Source: an uncultured SAR86 cluster bacterium (GTDB taxonomy: Bacteria; Pseudomonadota; Gammaproteobacteria; Magnimaribacterales; D2472). Taken from it: a DNA stretch of 64,000 nucleotides. Within the stretch, counting starts at the first letter, position 1; each line of letters opens with the position of its first letter. The stretch is taken from NCBI GenBank assembly GCA_902624425.1, contig CACNXK010000001.1:128432-192431 (forward strand), given 5' to 3'. A model generated the notes under the pieces. That model did no database searches, was not told the DNA's origin, and saw only the letters and a list, made by a program, of their open reading frames with translations. The translations under genes were made by a program, and so were the position numbers. Below are positions 48,013 to 57,510 of this stretch, one piece after another.

Positions 48013-48933
48013 ATGTTTGATTTAACTTACAAAAATAAAAAAATATGGAGGAATGGAAAGCTTATTTCATGGGATGAGTGCAACGTTCACTCGCTGACAC
48101 ATACACTTCATTATGGTGTTGGAGTTTTTGAGGGTATTCGCGCATATAACACAAAAGATGGACCTGCTATTTTCAGAGTGGAAGAGCATACACATAGACT
48201 TTTTGAAGCAGCAAAAGTAGTTAATATTAAGATTCCATACTCCCCAGAAACTTTGATTGAAGCTCAAAAAGCTGTTTTATTGGAGAATAATTTTGAAGAA
48301 GCCTACATAAGACCAATTATCTATCTTGGAAATGAGACATTGGGCTTAAGAGCAGAAGATTTATCTGTGAATGCAATAGTGGCTGCATGGGAATGGCCTT
48401 CTTATATGGATCCAGAATCAAAACAAAAAGGTATTTCAGTAGTTAAATCTCCTTATAAGCAATATAAGAATCCAAATTGGTCAAACTATAAAATAACAGG
48501 CACTTATGTAAATTCAGTTGTTGCTTTACAAGATGCTGTAGCTAGAGGGGCTGATGAAGCATTGATTCTCGATAATGATGGTTATATTTCAGAGGGAAGC
48601 GGTGAAAATATCTTTTTTATAAAGGATGGCCTCATAAATACTCCAACAACAAATAATTGCTTGAACGGCATAACTAGACAGTCGGTTATAAAGATCGCAG
48701 ATGACCTTGGTTATAAAGTTAATGAAGGCAACTGGTCATATGAGGAAATTATAGAATGTGATGAAGCATTCTTTACAGGTACAGCAGTTGAAGTTACTCC
48801 AATAACAAAAATTGATGATAAGGTAATTTCAAATGGATCTGTTGGTGAAATTACAAAAGAAATACAAATAACTTATGAGAACGCAGTTTTTGGAATTGAT
48901 AATTCAAGAAACTGGCTAACATACATCAAATAA
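48013..48933 (+). CDS. ilvE: branched-chain amino acid aminotransferase (class IV)
   Basis: 306 aa with GVFEGIRAY, the EAYIRP motif and the catalytic Lys region. Confidence 0.9.
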   Translation: MFDLTYKNKKIWRNGKLISWDECNVHSLTHTLHYGVGVFEGIRAYNTKDGPAIFRVEEHTHRLFEAAKVVNIKIPYSPETLIEAQKAVLLENNFEEAYIRPIIYLGNETLGLRAEDLSVNAIVAAWEWPSYMDPESKQKGISVVKSPYKQYKNPNWSNYKITGTYVNSVVALQDAVARGADEALILDNDGYISEGSGENIFFIKDGLINTPTTNNCLNGITRQSVIKIADDLGYKVNEGNWSYEEIIECDEAFFTGTAVEVTPITKIDDKVISNGSVGEITKEIQITYENAVFGIDNSRNWLTYIK

Positions 48934-48937
48934 TATT

Positions 48938-50179
48938 TTGCAAAAATTAAAGATCGCACTGCTCAGTTATAGAAGCGCACCTTTTTCAGGAGGTCAGGGG
49001 ATTTTTGTAAGAGAGTTATCAAAAGCACTCACAAAGAGAGGCCACAAGGTAGACGTCATTTCTGGACCACCAATGCCAACTCTTGATTCAGGAATTGGGC
49101 TAATTAAACTAGAGGGATTAAATTTATTTGAAACATTTAACTTCAGAGATAGAGTTAAGAAGCTTTGGAATAAAAAAAATAAAAATCGTTTAGATTTTTA
49201 TGATTTCTTTACAACCTTAATAGGTGGATTCCCAGAAATGTATTCTTTTGGTGAAAGGGCAAAAGAGTATCTTTTGAAAGGAAAAGATTATGACATTATC
49301 CTAGACAATCAATCATTAAGTTTGGGTATGCTTGAGATTCAAAAAAAATATCCATTTATTGAGATAATCCATCATCCAATTACAAAAGATTTTAAATACG
49401 ATCTAATTTATTCAAATGGAATAATTCAAAGATTCTTTAAAAAAAGGTGGTATTCATTCCTTAAAATGAATAAAAAAGTTGCACCAAAAATAAAGAAAAT
49501 TATAACTCCATCTAAAAACTCAAAAAAAGATATTTGCCAGGATTTTATGACTAACCCAAATAATATTAAGGTTATTCCAAATGGCTTGGATCTTTCAATT
49601 TTTAAAATCAATGAAACTATTAGCAAAGAAGAATTCAAGATTGTTACTGTTGCAAGTGCAGATGTTCCTCTCAAAGGTTTAGATACAACGCTCAAAGCCA
49701 TTTCATTAACTCGAAAAAGCTTTCCAAATATCAAACTTTCAGTGGTAGGAAATCCAAGGGAGAATGGCCATACCGAGAGAGTTATAAGAGAATTAGACTT
49801 AACCAACTACGTTTCCTTTAAAACTAATTTATCTAAGGAAGAGGTCGCCCATGAGTATCAATCCAGCTCGATTGCAATTGTAAGTTCTTTATATGAGGGT
49901 TTTGGTTTTCCAGCTGCAGAGGCAATGGCGTGTGGTACTCCAATTATTTCTTCCAATGCTTCGGCACTTCCTGAAATTGTTCAAGAATTTGGCCAGTTAT
50001 ATGTACCAGGAGATCACAAGATGCTTGAAGAGTGTATTATAAAATTTTTTCAAAATAGGATATTGTTTAACGATCTTGCAAAAGAAGGCAGCTTGCATGC
50101 ACATGAAACTTTTAATTGGGAGAAAATTGCTTTAGATTACGAGACACAATTCCTAAAAAGTATAGAAAAATTTAAGTAA
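48938..50179 (+). CDS. GT4-family glycosyltransferase
   Basis: TTG start. N-terminal SGGQGIFVRELSKAL and C-terminal EGFGFPAAEAMACGTPII (E-x7-E motif). Confidence 0.85.
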   Translation: MQKLKIALLSYRSAPFSGGQGIFVRELSKALTKRGHKVDVISGPPMPTLDSGIGLIKLEGLNLFETFNFRDRVKKLWNKKNKNRLDFYDFFTTLIGGFPEMYSFGERAKEYLLKGKDYDIILDNQSLSLGMLEIQKKYPFIEIIHHPITKDFKYDLIYSNGIIQRFFKKRWYSFLKMNKKVAPKIKKIITPSKNSKKDICQDFMTNPNNIKVIPNGLDLSIFKINETISKEEFKIVTVASADVPLKGLDTTLKAISLTRKSFPNIKLSVVGNPRENGHTERVIRELDLTNYVSFKTNLSKEEVAHEYQSSSIAIVSSLYEGFGFPAAEAMACGTPIISSNASALPEIVQEFGQLYVPGDHKMLEECIIKFFQNRILFNDLAKEGSLHAHETFNWEKIALDYETQFLKSIEKFK

Positions 50180-50883
50180 TGCTGACCTTTAATTTTCAAA
50201 ATATAAAACCAACAAAGGATTCCTTTATGCTTGATGCAGGATGTGGTCCAGGAAGGCATATATTTGGTTTTATGGATCAGTTTTCTGATGTAACTTGTGT
50301 CGGTCTCGACTTAGATTTTGATTCACTTCAGGAAGGCAAAAATAATTTGACTTTGTTTAGTTCAATTTCAAACAAAGAGTCTACTTTTCTTCAGGGCTCA
50401 GTTTATAACCTGCCTTTTAAAGATAACTCTTTTGAAACCATAATCTGTTCTGAGGTACTTGAGCACGTTGCAGATGTTGATGCAACCTTGAAAGAACTTA
50501 CCAGGTTAATAAGACCAGGAGGGAATTTGCTTGTTAGCGTCCCTTCTTATTATCCAGAAAAGATCTGTTGGCTTCTATCAAAAGAGTACCAAAAAATGCC
50601 AGGAGGTCACGTAAGAATCTTTAAAAAAAGTACTCTCCAGGAAAAAGTAGAAGAAAAGGGTTATAAATTAGAGATGACAGAAAAGTATCATGCCCTTCAT
50701 AGTCCTTATTGGTGGCTAAGATGTTTATTTTGGTCATCTCAAGAAAATAATTTTCTCGTTAATATCTATAAAAAGATCTTAGAAATTCAGATCTTAAGAA
50801 ATCCACCAATATTGAGAATCTTAGATAATCTTCTCAATCCATTTCTTGGAAAAAGTACTTCTTTTTATTTCAAGAAGTTATGA
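50179..50883 (+). CDS. class I SAM-dependent methyltransferase
   Basis: Motif I LDAGCGPGRH and a post-I acidic residue (GLDLD). The start overlaps the GT4 stop (TAATG). Confidence 0.85.
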   Translation: MLTFNFQNIKPTKDSFMLDAGCGPGRHIFGFMDQFSDVTCVGLDLDFDSLQEGKNNLTLFSSISNKESTFLQGSVYNLPFKDNSFETIICSEVLEHVADVDATLKELTRLIRPGGNLLVSVPSYYPEKICWLLSKEYQKMPGGHVRIFKKSTLQEKVEEKGYKLEMTEKYHALHSPYWWLRCLFWSSQENNFLVNIYKKILEIQILRNPPILRILDNLLNPFLGKSTSFYFKKL

Positions 50884-51848
50884 AAAAAATAAAAAATAAG
50901 CTTGCCCCTGCCAAGGACTGGATCATTAAGAATCAAAATAATAATGGGGCTATTAATTGGGACCAAAGAGGAAAATGTGATCCATGGGATCATTGTGAAT
51001 GTTTAATAGCTTTGGCAATATATGAAGAATGGGATCCATTCATCAGAGGAGTTAACTGGTTCTTTGATAATCTTAATTCTGACGGTCTTATACCATCTGA
51101 ATTTAAAAATGATGAAATTACTAAAGATTACTATGAAAGTCATCATGCTCCATATATTTTCCTTCCTCTATATCAGAAATTTTTAATTGACAATGATATT
51201 GATTACATAAAGCAATACAAAAAACAAATACAAACTATATACAAAACGACTTTAGCTTTTGCAGATTCGCAAGGTTTCTTATTTTGGGCAAAGGATGAAA
51301 AAGGATTTTCTGATAACTCCCTTGTTACTGCGTCATGCTCTGTTCACATTTCTTTAAAAATATTTGAAAAGATCGCTGACATTATTGGGCTAGATTATTC
51401 TCATGACGAAATTTTGTTAAATGAAGAAAAAATTAACTCAAAAAGATTTGATCGTGATGGTATTAGTAGAAAGAGGTTTTCAATGGATAATTATTATCCT
51501 TTTTTATGCGGTATCGGGAATGATGAAAAGATTGATAATGCTTTAGGTGATTTCTATAAAGCGGGATTGGGTATCAAGTGTGTCATCGAAGAACCATGGG
51601 TAACCTTTGCCGAATCATCAGAATTTATTATAAGTATGGTAAAAATGAAAAAAAATGAAGATGCTAAAAAGATTTTAAAAGAAATAATGAAATTTCAGGA
51701 TAACAAGGGAATATTTCCTACTGGCTATCAATATAAATTAGATATCTTATGGCCTGATGAGTTTTCAACTTGGACAAATGCAGCGGTCATTATTGCTGCA
51801 GATTGTGTTTTTGGGATATCAAAATATAAGAATGTATTTTTAATATAG
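50880..51848 (+). CDS. uncharacterised protein, possibly alpha/alpha-toroid (prenyltransferase/terpene-cyclase-like repeat) fold
   Basis: 322 aa. NNNGAINWDQ...DPWDHCECLIAL resembles toroid-repeat motifs. ATGA overlap with the upstream methyltransferase gene. Fold assignment is unverified. Confidence 0.4.
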   Translation: MKKIKNKLAPAKDWIIKNQNNNGAINWDQRGKCDPWDHCECLIALAIYEEWDPFIRGVNWFFDNLNSDGLIPSEFKNDEITKDYYESHHAPYIFLPLYQKFLIDNDIDYIKQYKKQIQTIYKTTLAFADSQGFLFWAKDEKGFSDNSLVTASCSVHISLKIFEKIADIIGLDYSHDEILLNEEKINSKRFDRDGISRKRFSMDNYYPFLCGIGNDEKIDNALGDFYKAGLGIKCVIEEPWVTFAESSEFIISMVKMKKNEDAKKILKEIMKFQDNKGIFPTGYQYKLDILWPDEFSTWTNAAVIIAADCVFGISKYKNVFLI

Positions 51849-52511
51849 TTTTTTTAAGGCTACTAAGCTTTTTACTCTACCAACAAGTTCGAAGTTCTCA
51901 ACTAATGCCTTTTCATAAATTTCTTTTGGTGCCTGACCTCCTTCTAACTCAGAGTCATAAATATCATGAATTGCAAGGATGCCTCCTTTTCTAATTTTAT
52001 TTTTCCATGACGAGTAGTCGCTTCTTGCTGACTCAAAGGTATGACTCCCATCAATGAAAATAAGATCTATATCATCTTCTAGTTTTTTTGATGCTGAAAC
52101 AGAGTTATCAATAATTGGAATTACGGTTTCAATGAGACCAGATTTTTTAATATTTTCAATAAACAAAGGATAAGTATCTACTCTGTTATTTTCAAAATCA
52201 TATATTTCCCGATCAAAATACTCTTCCCCAAATTGCTGTTCTTCTGATCCCATATGATGATCAATAGAAAATAATTTTGTATTATTTTCTTTGCATGCTA
52301 GGCCCAAATAACAGGCAGATTTGCCACAGTATGAACCAATTTCAACTGCAAATCTTTCTCTGCATTCTTTAGATGCGAGTTCATAAAGAAATTTTCCTTC
52401 ATTTGGATGCAGAAAGCCTTTAATTTTCTCAAACTTGGCAAATTCAGCGCGCATAAAATTTTTCTTTTCCCAAAGTGGATTTAAATCTTCTATGTTGCCA
52501 TAGATATTCAT
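51840..52511 (-). CDS. class I SAM-dependent methyltransferase (Methyltransf_24/O-MT-like)
   Basis: VEIGSYCGKSACYL motif I and FIDGSHTFE. The start may instead be Met20 at 52454, given the 68-nt overlap with the lpxL-like gene. Confidence 0.7.
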   Translation of the reverse strand: MNIYGNIEDLNPLWEKKNFMRAEFAKFEKIKGFLHPNEGKFLYELASKECRERFAVEIGSYCGKSACYLGLACKENNTKLFSIDHHMGSEEQQFGEEYFDREIYDFENNRVDTYPLFIENIKKSGLIETVIPIIDNSVSASKKLEDDIDLIFIDGSHTFESARSDYSSWKNKIRKGGILAIHDIYDSELEGGQAPKEIYEKALVENFELVGRVKSLVALKKLY

Positions 52512-53301
52512 CAGGATTATCTCTTATAGAGGTCTCGATATGCGAGGAAATATCTTGAATCATTGATTGTGTATCTGTGATATTAACTTCTTCAATAGAG
52601 AGTATTAATTTATCTAACTCGTAGTATGAATCCAAAAACAAAACATTACATTGAGTTGCATCTACTATCTTTATCGGTGCATTTGTAGTTGCAGTTTTCA
52701 CTCCAAAAAAGTCTACATTTATGCTGTTTTTTAATCCATAATCTTGATCAATTGCATAAAGCACTGTTTTGCCTCTCTTAAGCCATTTAATAAAAGTAAT
52801 AGGTTTATTTTTGTCAGCGAGTGCATTAAGGCCTCTTAACCTCCCAGCACTTTGGACTTTTTGCATGTAAGTTGAGTTATGAGCTCTTTCAACTCCATAA
52901 AGCTCACAATGCATGCCGAGTATTCTTGAATCTAGCTCGAGATGATGAGAATGCTTAAAAATAAGAAGATTGCCTTTGGCGGAATTAAGCTTATCCAAAC
53001 CAGAAATCTCATACTTTAAAAAAGAATTTATCTTTGCATCATTCCAAAACCATGCTTTTCCAGTATCAAATAATCCTCTAACCATTGACTTGGTATTTTT
53101 ATTAAAAAGATTTCTTTTTTCTTTCTCATTTAAGTTAGGAAAGGCAACATCAATATTCTTTCTACTAAATATATTTCTTTTAAGATTTGGATTTTTAAAG
53201 AAATAAAAAAATAAGCCTTGAAGAATTTTTTGGAAAGTTAAGGGACAGGAAACAACTTGCCTCCAGAAAAATATCCCCACTTTTTGATTAATAAATTTCA
53301 T
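52444..53301 (-). CDS. lipid A secondary acyltransferase (LpxL/HtrB-like LPLAT)
   Basis: 285 aa with HX4D-type motif (HHLELD). Divergent from waaA. Confidence 0.7.
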   Translation of the reverse strand: MKFINQKVGIFFWRQVVSCPLTFQKILQGLFFYFFKNPNLKRNIFSRKNIDVAFPNLNEKEKRNLFNKNTKSMVRGLFDTGKAWFWNDAKINSFLKYEISGLDKLNSAKGNLLIFKHSHHLELDSRILGMHCELYGVERAHNSTYMQKVQSAGRLRGLNALADKNKPITFIKWLKRGKTVLYAIDQDYGLKNSINVDFFGVKTATTNAPIKIVDATQCNVLFLDSYYELDKLILSIEEVNITDTQSMIQDISSHIETSIRDNPDEYLWQHRRFKSTLGKEKFYAR

Positions 53302-53346
53302 TTAAATCCCATTGCACAGTTATTATACTAATCAAAGTAATAAACT

Positions 53347-54603
53347 ATGCTTATCTTTATTTATAATTTCATTTTTCTGATTTTAACCCCAATATTTATA
53401 ATCAGAATCCTCCTTAAAGGAATTGAAGATCCAAATTATTTAATAAATTTTAAGAATAGATTTGGCGTAATATCTAACACCAAAGAATCTGATCTTGAAA
53501 AAATATGGTTTCACTCAGTGAGCTTAGGAGAGGTAATTTCATCAAGCGACCTAATTAGGCAGCTATCTAAAGATCATCAAATCATTTTAACAACCACAAC
53601 GGGAACAGGTTTTAAAAAGGCAAATGAAATTTTCTTAGGCAATGAAAAGGTTCAAATTGCATATGCACCATGGGATTTTTATTTTTTTACTCTTATCTTT
53701 TTAGCCAAGATAAAACCAAAGGCAGCTATATTTTTTGAAACAGAAATCTGGCCGAACTCAATTTATTTGTGCAAATCAAAAAATATTCCTTCAATTATTT
53801 GCAATGCGAGACTTTCTAAACAAAGTTTTGAAAGCTATATGAAGCTCAATATCTTTTTAAGAAAAGTCTTTGCCAATATCACGCTTGTTTTAGCCCAAGG
53901 GGCTGATGATAAGAATTACTTTAGTCAACTTGGCTGCAAGAATACTCATGTGACTGGCTCAGTCAAATTCGATCAAAATCCTGCTATTAATAGAATAGGC
54001 GCATCAAACATTCAAAAATTTTTGGATAATCCTTATTTCCTTGCAGCCTCTACACATGAGGGTGAAGATAAGATTATTTTAGAATCTTTTAATTTAATAA
54101 AAAAAGATTATCCATTAATGAAATTAGTTGTTGTTCCTCGTCATCCAGAGAGAGCTCACAAAATAAAATCGCTTTTTCTCAGAATGGGAGCAAATTCTAT
54201 TTACGAGAGCGAAGTAGGAAGTAAATCAGATATTTTAATTATTCAATCTCTTGGGATTCTTCCTCTTTTATATTCAGATGCTGAATTAGCTTTTGTTGGA
54301 GGAAGTTTAGTAAATAGAGGAGGGCATAATGTAATAGAGCCTGCAATAGCAAAATGCCCATTTATTTTAGGCGAAAATTATTTTAATTTTAAAAATATTG
54401 TTGATGCATTCATTAATGCCAATGCAACATATATTGTAAAGACACCCAGAAACATTTATGAAATCTTTTCTAAAATATATAAAGATCAAAATAATATTAA
54501 AGAAAATATGATCCAGAACGCAAATTCAGTTATTGATAAGAATATCGGAGCAACATCGCGTCAACTTTCATTAATTACGGCAAGCTTCACAATTGCAGAA
54601 TAG
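53347..54603 (+). CDS. waaA: 3-deoxy-D-manno-octulosonic acid (Kdo) transferase
   Basis: N-terminal WFHSVSLGEV motif, and a C-terminal GT-B half with GGSLVNRGGHNVIEPA. Confidence 0.92.
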   Translation: MLIFIYNFIFLILTPIFIIRILLKGIEDPNYLINFKNRFGVISNTKESDLEKIWFHSVSLGEVISSSDLIRQLSKDHQIILTTTTGTGFKKANEIFLGNEKVQIAYAPWDFYFFTLIFLAKIKPKAAIFFETEIWPNSIYLCKSKNIPSIICNARLSKQSFESYMKLNIFLRKVFANITLVLAQGADDKNYFSQLGCKNTHVTGSVKFDQNPAINRIGASNIQKFLDNPYFLAASTHEGEDKIILESFNLIKKDYPLMKLVVVPRHPERAHKIKSLFLRMGANSIYESEVGSKSDILIIQSLGILPLLYSDAELAFVGGSLVNRGGHNVIEPAIAKCPFILGENYFNFKNIVDAFINANATYIVKTPRNIYEIFSKIYKDQNNIKENMIQNANSVIDKNIGATSRQLSLITASFTIAE

Positions 54604-55531
54604 CGAACTAACAAAAAAAATTATTACCCTTGTTGGGCCAACTGCTTGCGATAAGACGACAACAGCAATTCATCTAGCAAAGAAATTTCCACTATCTATA
54701 ATAGGAGTCGATTCGGTGCAAATCTATAAAAAATTTGATATAGGATCTGCAAAGCCACCTCAGAAAATTCTTGAACAGTATAAACATCACCTAGTCGATG
54801 AAGTTGATCCACAAAATATTTTTTCGGTTAAAGATTTTTATAACCATACTCATAGACTAATTTTACAAGCCCATTCAGAGCATAGAGTTCCTTTGCTTGT
54901 TGGAGGAACGATGATGTACTTCAATGCTCTTTTTAAAGGGATAAATGACATACCTGCAGGAAATGAAATAATTAGGGACGAACTTCAAAAAGAACTAGAG
55001 GTAAATGGAATAAAAAAACTTTTCAATGATCTGGAAAGGGTCGATCCAGAATCTGCAAGAGTAATTAAACCAAATGACAAACAAAGAATAATTAGAGCTC
55101 TTGAAGTTTTTAAAATATCTAGTAAAAAGTTATCTGATTTTAAAAAAGCAAAAATTATCAATATTTTCGAAGAGTATGATTTTGTTAACATTGGAATTTT
55201 TCCAGAGGATAGAGAAAAACTCCAAAAAAAAATAAGAGAAAGAGTCCAGCGAATGATTGGCATGGGTCTTCTCGAGGAAGTGAAAGAAATAAGTGGATTA
55301 AAGAATATTCCTAAAAATCATCCTGCTCTTAATTCAATTAATTATAAGGAGGCGATTCAAGTCATTAATGGCGAATTAGATATAAGCAATCTTGAGGATC
55401 AGTGTGTAATTTCAACAAGACAACTGGTAAAAAGACAATTAACTTGGATGAGAAATTTTAATTTCTCAAAAACTTTCAAAACTGACAAATTAATAGAAGT
55501 AGAGAAATTTTTAAAAGAGCAAATTTTTTAA
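54593..55531 (+). CDS. miaA: tRNA dimethylallyltransferase
   Basis: Collinear with E. coli MiaA: VDSVQIYKKFDIGSAKP, PLLVGGTMMYFNAL, TRQLVKRQLTWMR. TTG start. Atypical P-loop GPTACDKT. Confidence 0.9.
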   Translation: MQNSELTKKIITLVGPTACDKTTTAIHLAKKFPLSIIGVDSVQIYKKFDIGSAKPPQKILEQYKHHLVDEVDPQNIFSVKDFYNHTHRLILQAHSEHRVPLLVGGTMMYFNALFKGINDIPAGNEIIRDELQKELEVNGIKKLFNDLERVDPESARVIKPNDKQRIIRALEVFKISSKKLSDFKKAKIINIFEEYDFVNIGIFPEDREKLQKKIRERVQRMIGMGLLEEVKEISGLKNIPKNHPALNSINYKEAIQVINGELDISNLEDQCVISTRQLVKRQLTWMRNFNFSKTFKTDKLIEVEKFLKEQIF

Positions 55532-55593
55532 ATAGTTTATTTAATTATTCTCTTTCATCCATATATTAATGTTAAACATATATAATAAGCACT

Positions 55594-56634
55594 ATGAATT
55601 GGGACAATAAAGATAATAAAGATCCTTGGGGTAATCGCTCTAATGGAAATGATCAAGACTTCGATGACCTTTTGAAAAGGTTCTCTTCTATATTGGGTAG
55701 TAAGTCAGGTGGTGGCAATGGTTCTTCATCTGGTGGCGGATTTAATTTTTCACCGAGTAGATTTCTTGGTTATGGTCTTTTTATATTGGCAATTGTCTAT
55801 CTTTCTGCATCTATCTATACAGTGCAACCCGGTGAGAGAGTAGTTATATTAAGATTAGGTCAGTATCATAAAGAAACAACAGAAGGCCTTAACTTTATGC
55901 TGTTTGGAATAGATCAAAGGTTCAAAGAGGATGTTGCGCTTACAAGAAGATATTCACAAACTGCGAACATGCTTACACAAGACGAAAATTTAGTTGATGT
56001 AACGGTATCAGTCCAATATAGAATTAGTAATATTAAAGATTTTGTTCTTAATGTAAGAGATCCAGAAGCTAGTCTAAGAAAAGCTACAGAGAGCGCACTA
56101 AGATTTGTTGTTGGTGACAATTCCTTAGAACAAACACTAACAGTAGGAAGAGAACAAATTGCTCAGGATGTAGGAGAGAGGCTTCAAGAGTATCTCGATA
56201 TTTATCAAGCAGGTTTAATAGTTCAGCAAGTAAACATAGAGAAAACAGATCCTCCTGGCGCAGTAAAAGCTGCTTTTGACGATGTTGTTGCGGCAAGAGA
56301 AGATAAAATTAGACTTCAAAATGAGGCTGAGAGATATGCACTAACAATCGTTCCAGAAGCCAGAGGTCAGGCAGAGGCTACAATTAAAGCCGCTGAGGCC
56401 TATAAAGAGCAAGTAATTCTGACAGCTGAAGGTGAGGTGGTAAGATTTAACGAAGTTTATGACGAGTATAAAAAGAATCCTGAAGTTGTCAGGAAGAGAA
56501 TTCATCTCGATGCAATGAAAAAAGTTTACTCGGATTCAACAAAAATTATGATAGATGTTAATGATGGAAGCAATATTACTCTTCTTCCATTGGGCGATAT
56601 ATTGCAACAAACTAAAGATGAGGATGAGGATTAA
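55594..56634 (+). CDS. hflK: FtsH protease modulator HflK
   Basis: Gly-rich N-terminus, one TM, an SPFH domain and a coiled coil. Followed by hflC. Confidence 0.92.
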   Translation: MNWDNKDNKDPWGNRSNGNDQDFDDLLKRFSSILGSKSGGGNGSSSGGGFNFSPSRFLGYGLFILAIVYLSASIYTVQPGERVVILRLGQYHKETTEGLNFMLFGIDQRFKEDVALTRRYSQTANMLTQDENLVDVTVSVQYRISNIKDFVLNVRDPEASLRKATESALRFVVGDNSLEQTLTVGREQIAQDVGERLQEYLDIYQAGLIVQQVNIEKTDPPGAVKAAFDDVVAAREDKIRLQNEAERYALTIVPEARGQAEATIKAAEAYKEQVILTAEGEVVRFNEVYDEYKKNPEVVRKRIHLDAMKKVYSDSTKIMIDVNDGSNITLLPLGDILQQTKDEDED

Positions 56635-56636
56635 AA

Positions 56637-57509
56637 ATGTCATTTAAGAATTCAACTGTATTATTTTCTTTACTCGCAGTACTCTTGCTTGTTAATAGCT
56701 TTTTTATAGTCGATGAACGTGAGAAGGCTATTGTTCTTCAGTTTGGAGAAACAGTTAGAGAAAATGTTGATGTTGGTTTTCATTTCAAATTACCTATCAT
56801 CCAAGAAGTAAAAAAGTTTGATGCCAGATTAAGGTCTCTTGATGAAGAGCCTGATAGAATACTTACCGTAGAAAGTAAATATCTTCTAGTTGATTCTTTC
56901 ATAAAATATAAAATTAGCGACGTACTTCTTTTCTATAAAGCTACGGGCGGAAGTTTCAATAATCTTAACAATCTTTTGGGGCAGAGAACTGAATTTGAGT
57001 TAAAAAATCAGTTTGGTAAAAGAACAGTTACTGAAGTGGTTTCAGGTGAAAGAGATGAGCTAATGAGCACAATGAGAGATAATCTAGCATCATCTGTTGT
57101 TGATCTTGGAATAGAAGTTATTGACTTTAGAATCAAACGAATAGATCTACCATCAGAATTAAGTAACTCAGTATATGAAAGAATGAGAACCGAAAGAAAG
57201 AGACTTGCTGAGGAGCTTAGATCAGAGGGAAAAGAAATTTCTAGGGAAATAACAGCCTCAGCTGACAAAGACAGAATAATTATCTTAGCTGAAGCAAATA
57301 AACTCTCTCAACAATTAAGAGGAGAGGGTGAAGCAACTGCTGCAGCAATATATGCTGAAGCTCATAATCAAGATCCTGAGTGGTATGAGTTTATTAGGAC
57401 GATGGAATTGTTGCCTGATGCATTTAGCAATAAATCAGATGTAATGTTGATTGATTCTGATCAAGAAATCCTTAAATATTTCAAAGACTCTTCCGGCGAA
57501 GAAAAATAA
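56637..57509 (+). CDS. hflC: FtsH protease modulator HflC
   Basis: N-terminal TM, FIVDEREKAIVLQFG and an SPFH domain. Confidence 0.92.
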   Translation: MSFKNSTVLFSLLAVLLLVNSFFIVDEREKAIVLQFGETVRENVDVGFHFKLPIIQEVKKFDARLRSLDEEPDRILTVESKYLLVDSFIKYKISDVLLFYKATGGSFNNLNNLLGQRTEFELKNQFGKRTVTEVVSGERDELMSTMRDNLASSVVDLGIEVIDFRIKRIDLPSELSNSVYERMRTERKRLAEELRSEGKEISREITASADKDRIIILAEANKLSQQLRGEGEATAAAIYAEAHNQDPEWYEFIRTMELLPDAFSNKSDVMLIDSDQEILKYFKDSSGEEK

Positions 57510-57510
57510 A

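Noticed and set aside
49426-49806. The 126-aa antisense ORF inside the GT4 gene. Similar long shadow ORFs occur at 4208-4549, 24528-24860, 58212-58538, 38127-38432, 13092-13388 and 37909-38202, and there are many 60-100-aa ones in the track.
   Set aside because: All are embedded in or antisense to genes with strong family signatures. They have low-complexity, Leu/Ser/Ile/Phe-rich translations typical of the AT-rich antisense frame, and no start context or motif.
57451-57510. Upstream extension of purA (MILIKKSLNISKTLPAKKNK).
   Set aside because: It lies entirely inside the 3-prime end of hflC. The conserved PurA N-terminus starts at the ATG at 57511.
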